A stretch of DNA of 63,230 nt, filler included, from an uncultured Methanosarcinales archaeon (GTDB taxonomy: Archaea; Nanobdellota; Nanobdellia; Woesearchaeales; CAYXTQ01), in the NCBI GenBank assembly GCA_964608065.1. It is 22 parts of 22 records of this genome, joined end to end, with 100 filler letters (N's around TTAATTAATTAA, not from the genome) between each part and the next. Parts side by side here need not be neighbours in the genome. Positions count along the whole stretch, not along the records: positions 61,357 to 63,230 come from CAZSMA010000128.1; 21 more parts are not named here. The stretch is one strand, 5' to 3'. Both the position numbers and the translations under genes were made by a program. Position 1 is the stretch's first letter. Every line of letters begins with the position of its first letter. Below the pieces are notes generated by a model, which did no database searches, had not been told where the DNA came from, and worked only from the letters and a program-made list of their open reading frames with translations. This document shows positions 61,522 to 63,230 of this stretch, piece after piece.

Positions 61522-62673
61522 ATGGAGTCCGGAATGAACCCCAATAAAGAAAGTAAAACAAAGGAATTTAATAAAGCTTTTCATAATCTGAAATCTAAAG
61601 AGATAAAGAAAATTACAAGACTTCTCAAGAAACAAATTTATCCTTTAATAGATTTAAAGATGTATCACAATTCTAAATATTCTGAAGATGATTTTCTTGA
61701 TTTATTAACTTATGTTGCAATGAATCATGATTTTACCAACAATGGATCTAAAACTTTTGAATTGTTAAAAGAAAACACTCCTGCATCAAATACAGTTATT
61801 CACCATATCAAAAAGCTTAATTCTGATTATGTTGAAAATTTATTCACAAAGGTATTTGATGTTTTAATCAAATCAGCAACTAAACATAAACCCTTCAAAC
61901 AAAAAGTTGACTTAGCAATAGATATTACAGAACAAATGTATTATGGAGATAAAAATGATTATATGGTCTGTGAGACAAAGCCAAAAGACGGAACTTCTCA
62001 TTGTTTTAGATACATAACAATAAATGTAGTTGAAAACGGAAAAAGATTTACTTTACTTGCCTTGCCAATGCATAAATTTACAACTAAAGCAAAAGTTGTA
62101 AGAAAGTTAATTGAATATGCAAAATCAAAAGTTAAAATAAGACATATTTACCTTGACAGAGGATTCTTCAATTCAGAAATAATTAATCTCCTGAAAGAAT
62201 TAAGAGTTAAGTTTCTGATGCCTGCTATTAAGAACATAAAAATTCAAAGATACATGGGTAAATATAGCGGGTTGCAATCAAAAATTATAGATTATGATAT
62301 GGGCTACAGGAAATACAACAGGGCTGAATTTAAGCTTGTTTTCGTCGATGATAAAACAGGAGTGCAAAGAGCATTCGCAACAAATATTCCAATGCCTGAA
62401 CAATTAGCACATTATTATTTCAGGTGGTACAGTAAAAGATGGGGAATTGAAACTTCTTATAGGGTTAAAGGGGATTTTAAACCAAGAACAACATCAAAAT
62501 ATTATTCAGTAAGATTATTTTATTTTATGTGGTCTGTTTGTCTGTATAATCTCTGGGTTTTAGTTAGTTTCTTAGTTGCTTTAGTTTTTCATATTGAAAT
62601 CAAAAAACCATTAGTTACTGCTAAACTATTTGGAGCAATTCTCTATTCTCAAAAACCAGAAGGAATAACATAA
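61522..62673 (+). mobile_element. ISH3-family (IS4-like DDE) transposase
   Basis: LAIDITEQMYYG, RFTLLALP, YLDRGFF, YSKRWGIETSYR, LYNLW. Confidence 0.85.
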
Positions 62674-62725
62674 CCTAGCGTGAGCTCTCTTAAAGTTTAT
62701 ATATGAATACATTTACTCTATTTCT

Positions 62726-63151
62726 ATGAAAGGAATTTGTAGGTTCTGTGGAAAGGATAAGGATCTAACAGAACATGAGATTATGGCTAGAAGTTATGGT
62801 GGGACAAAAGAGGAAGATAATGTTATTCCTAACATTTGTAGAGATTGTCATACCCAATTAGAGATCAATATGGATAAAAATAGGGCAACGGCAGGAGCAG
62901 GAAATCCAGTAACACCAATACAAAAGTTTAATATCGGTTCAACAGAAGCCAAACTTATAACTGGAAGTGCTTTATTGAACGAAGATGGTCAAACTCAGAT
63001 AAATGCGGGTTCTCCTATTTATGGTATGAGGTGTCATCACCAGACAACTGGGCAAAATTATATAGAGACATCAATGAGTGGGGGAAGTATAGTATTAATA
63101 ACTGGATCTCCCAGCGACTATTGGATTATCTACAGTTTAGCTAAGGGTTAG
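62726..63151 (+). CDS. HNH endonuclease domain with unknown C-terminal region
   Basis: CRFC..LTEHEI..SYGG...N...ICRDCH. Confidence 0.75.
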   Translation: MKGICRFCGKDKDLTEHEIMARSYGGTKEEDNVIPNICRDCHTQLEINMDKNRATAGAGNPVTPIQKFNIGSTEAKLITGSALLNEDGQTQINAGSPIYGMRCHHQTTGQNYIETSMSGGSIVLITGSPSDYWIIYSLAKG

Positions 63152-63230
63152 TTACTTTGCGATCTACTGTGAGATAGTATCTCCGAACAAAAATCTATAA
63201 AGCATAATTGCCACTATATAAATACGGGGT

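Noticed and set aside
61357..62720. Terminal inverted repeats and target duplication of the ISH3-like element
   Set aside because: No convincing matching ends found by eye, so only the transposase is reported
1..63230. CRISPR array, cas genes, DGR reverse transcriptase or template repeat
   Set aside because: No repeat-spacer periodicity, cas-like ORF, RT-like ORF or A-rich copy of the variable region was found by eye

Overview
This is not contiguous DNA. It is 22 short contigs (about 3.6 down to 1.9 kb, sorted by size) joined by 100-nt N44-TTAATTAATTAA-N44 linkers starting at 3605, 7281, 10857, 14227, 17548, 20664, 23769, 26858, 29925, 32949, 35917, 38827, 41661, 44450, 47198, 49880, 52447, 54831, 57197, 59256 and 61257, so adjacency across a linker means nothing. 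Most contigs are AT-rich and archaeal (TATA/BRE promoters, rpl21e-rpoF-DUF655-pth2, SepF, AlaXM, CCA-less tRNAs). They look like a DPANN Woesearchaeota/Pacearchaeota bin; the Rhs contig (59356-61256) looks bacterial (Bacteroidota-type) and is probably contamination. Most interesting signals: (1) a candidate diversity-generating retroelement (DGR) target gene next to uppS, with 23 consecutive NNY codons, a GA-sheared GNA-loop hairpin and a tandem second copy, but no RT or TR seen in the window; (2) a promoter-preceded non-coding region of about 470 nt packed with stems and repeated palindromic modules; (3) a small island bounded by 23-nt direct repeats resembling a tRNA 3' end, with a truncated integrase, and a 42-nt motif shared with another contig; (4) a Tat-signal MltD-type lytic transglycosylase beside an archaeal housekeeping gene; (5) a tandem Get3/ArsA-like ATPase with a GvpL/F gas-vesicle gene. 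All family calls come from motif recognition by eye; no database search was run.
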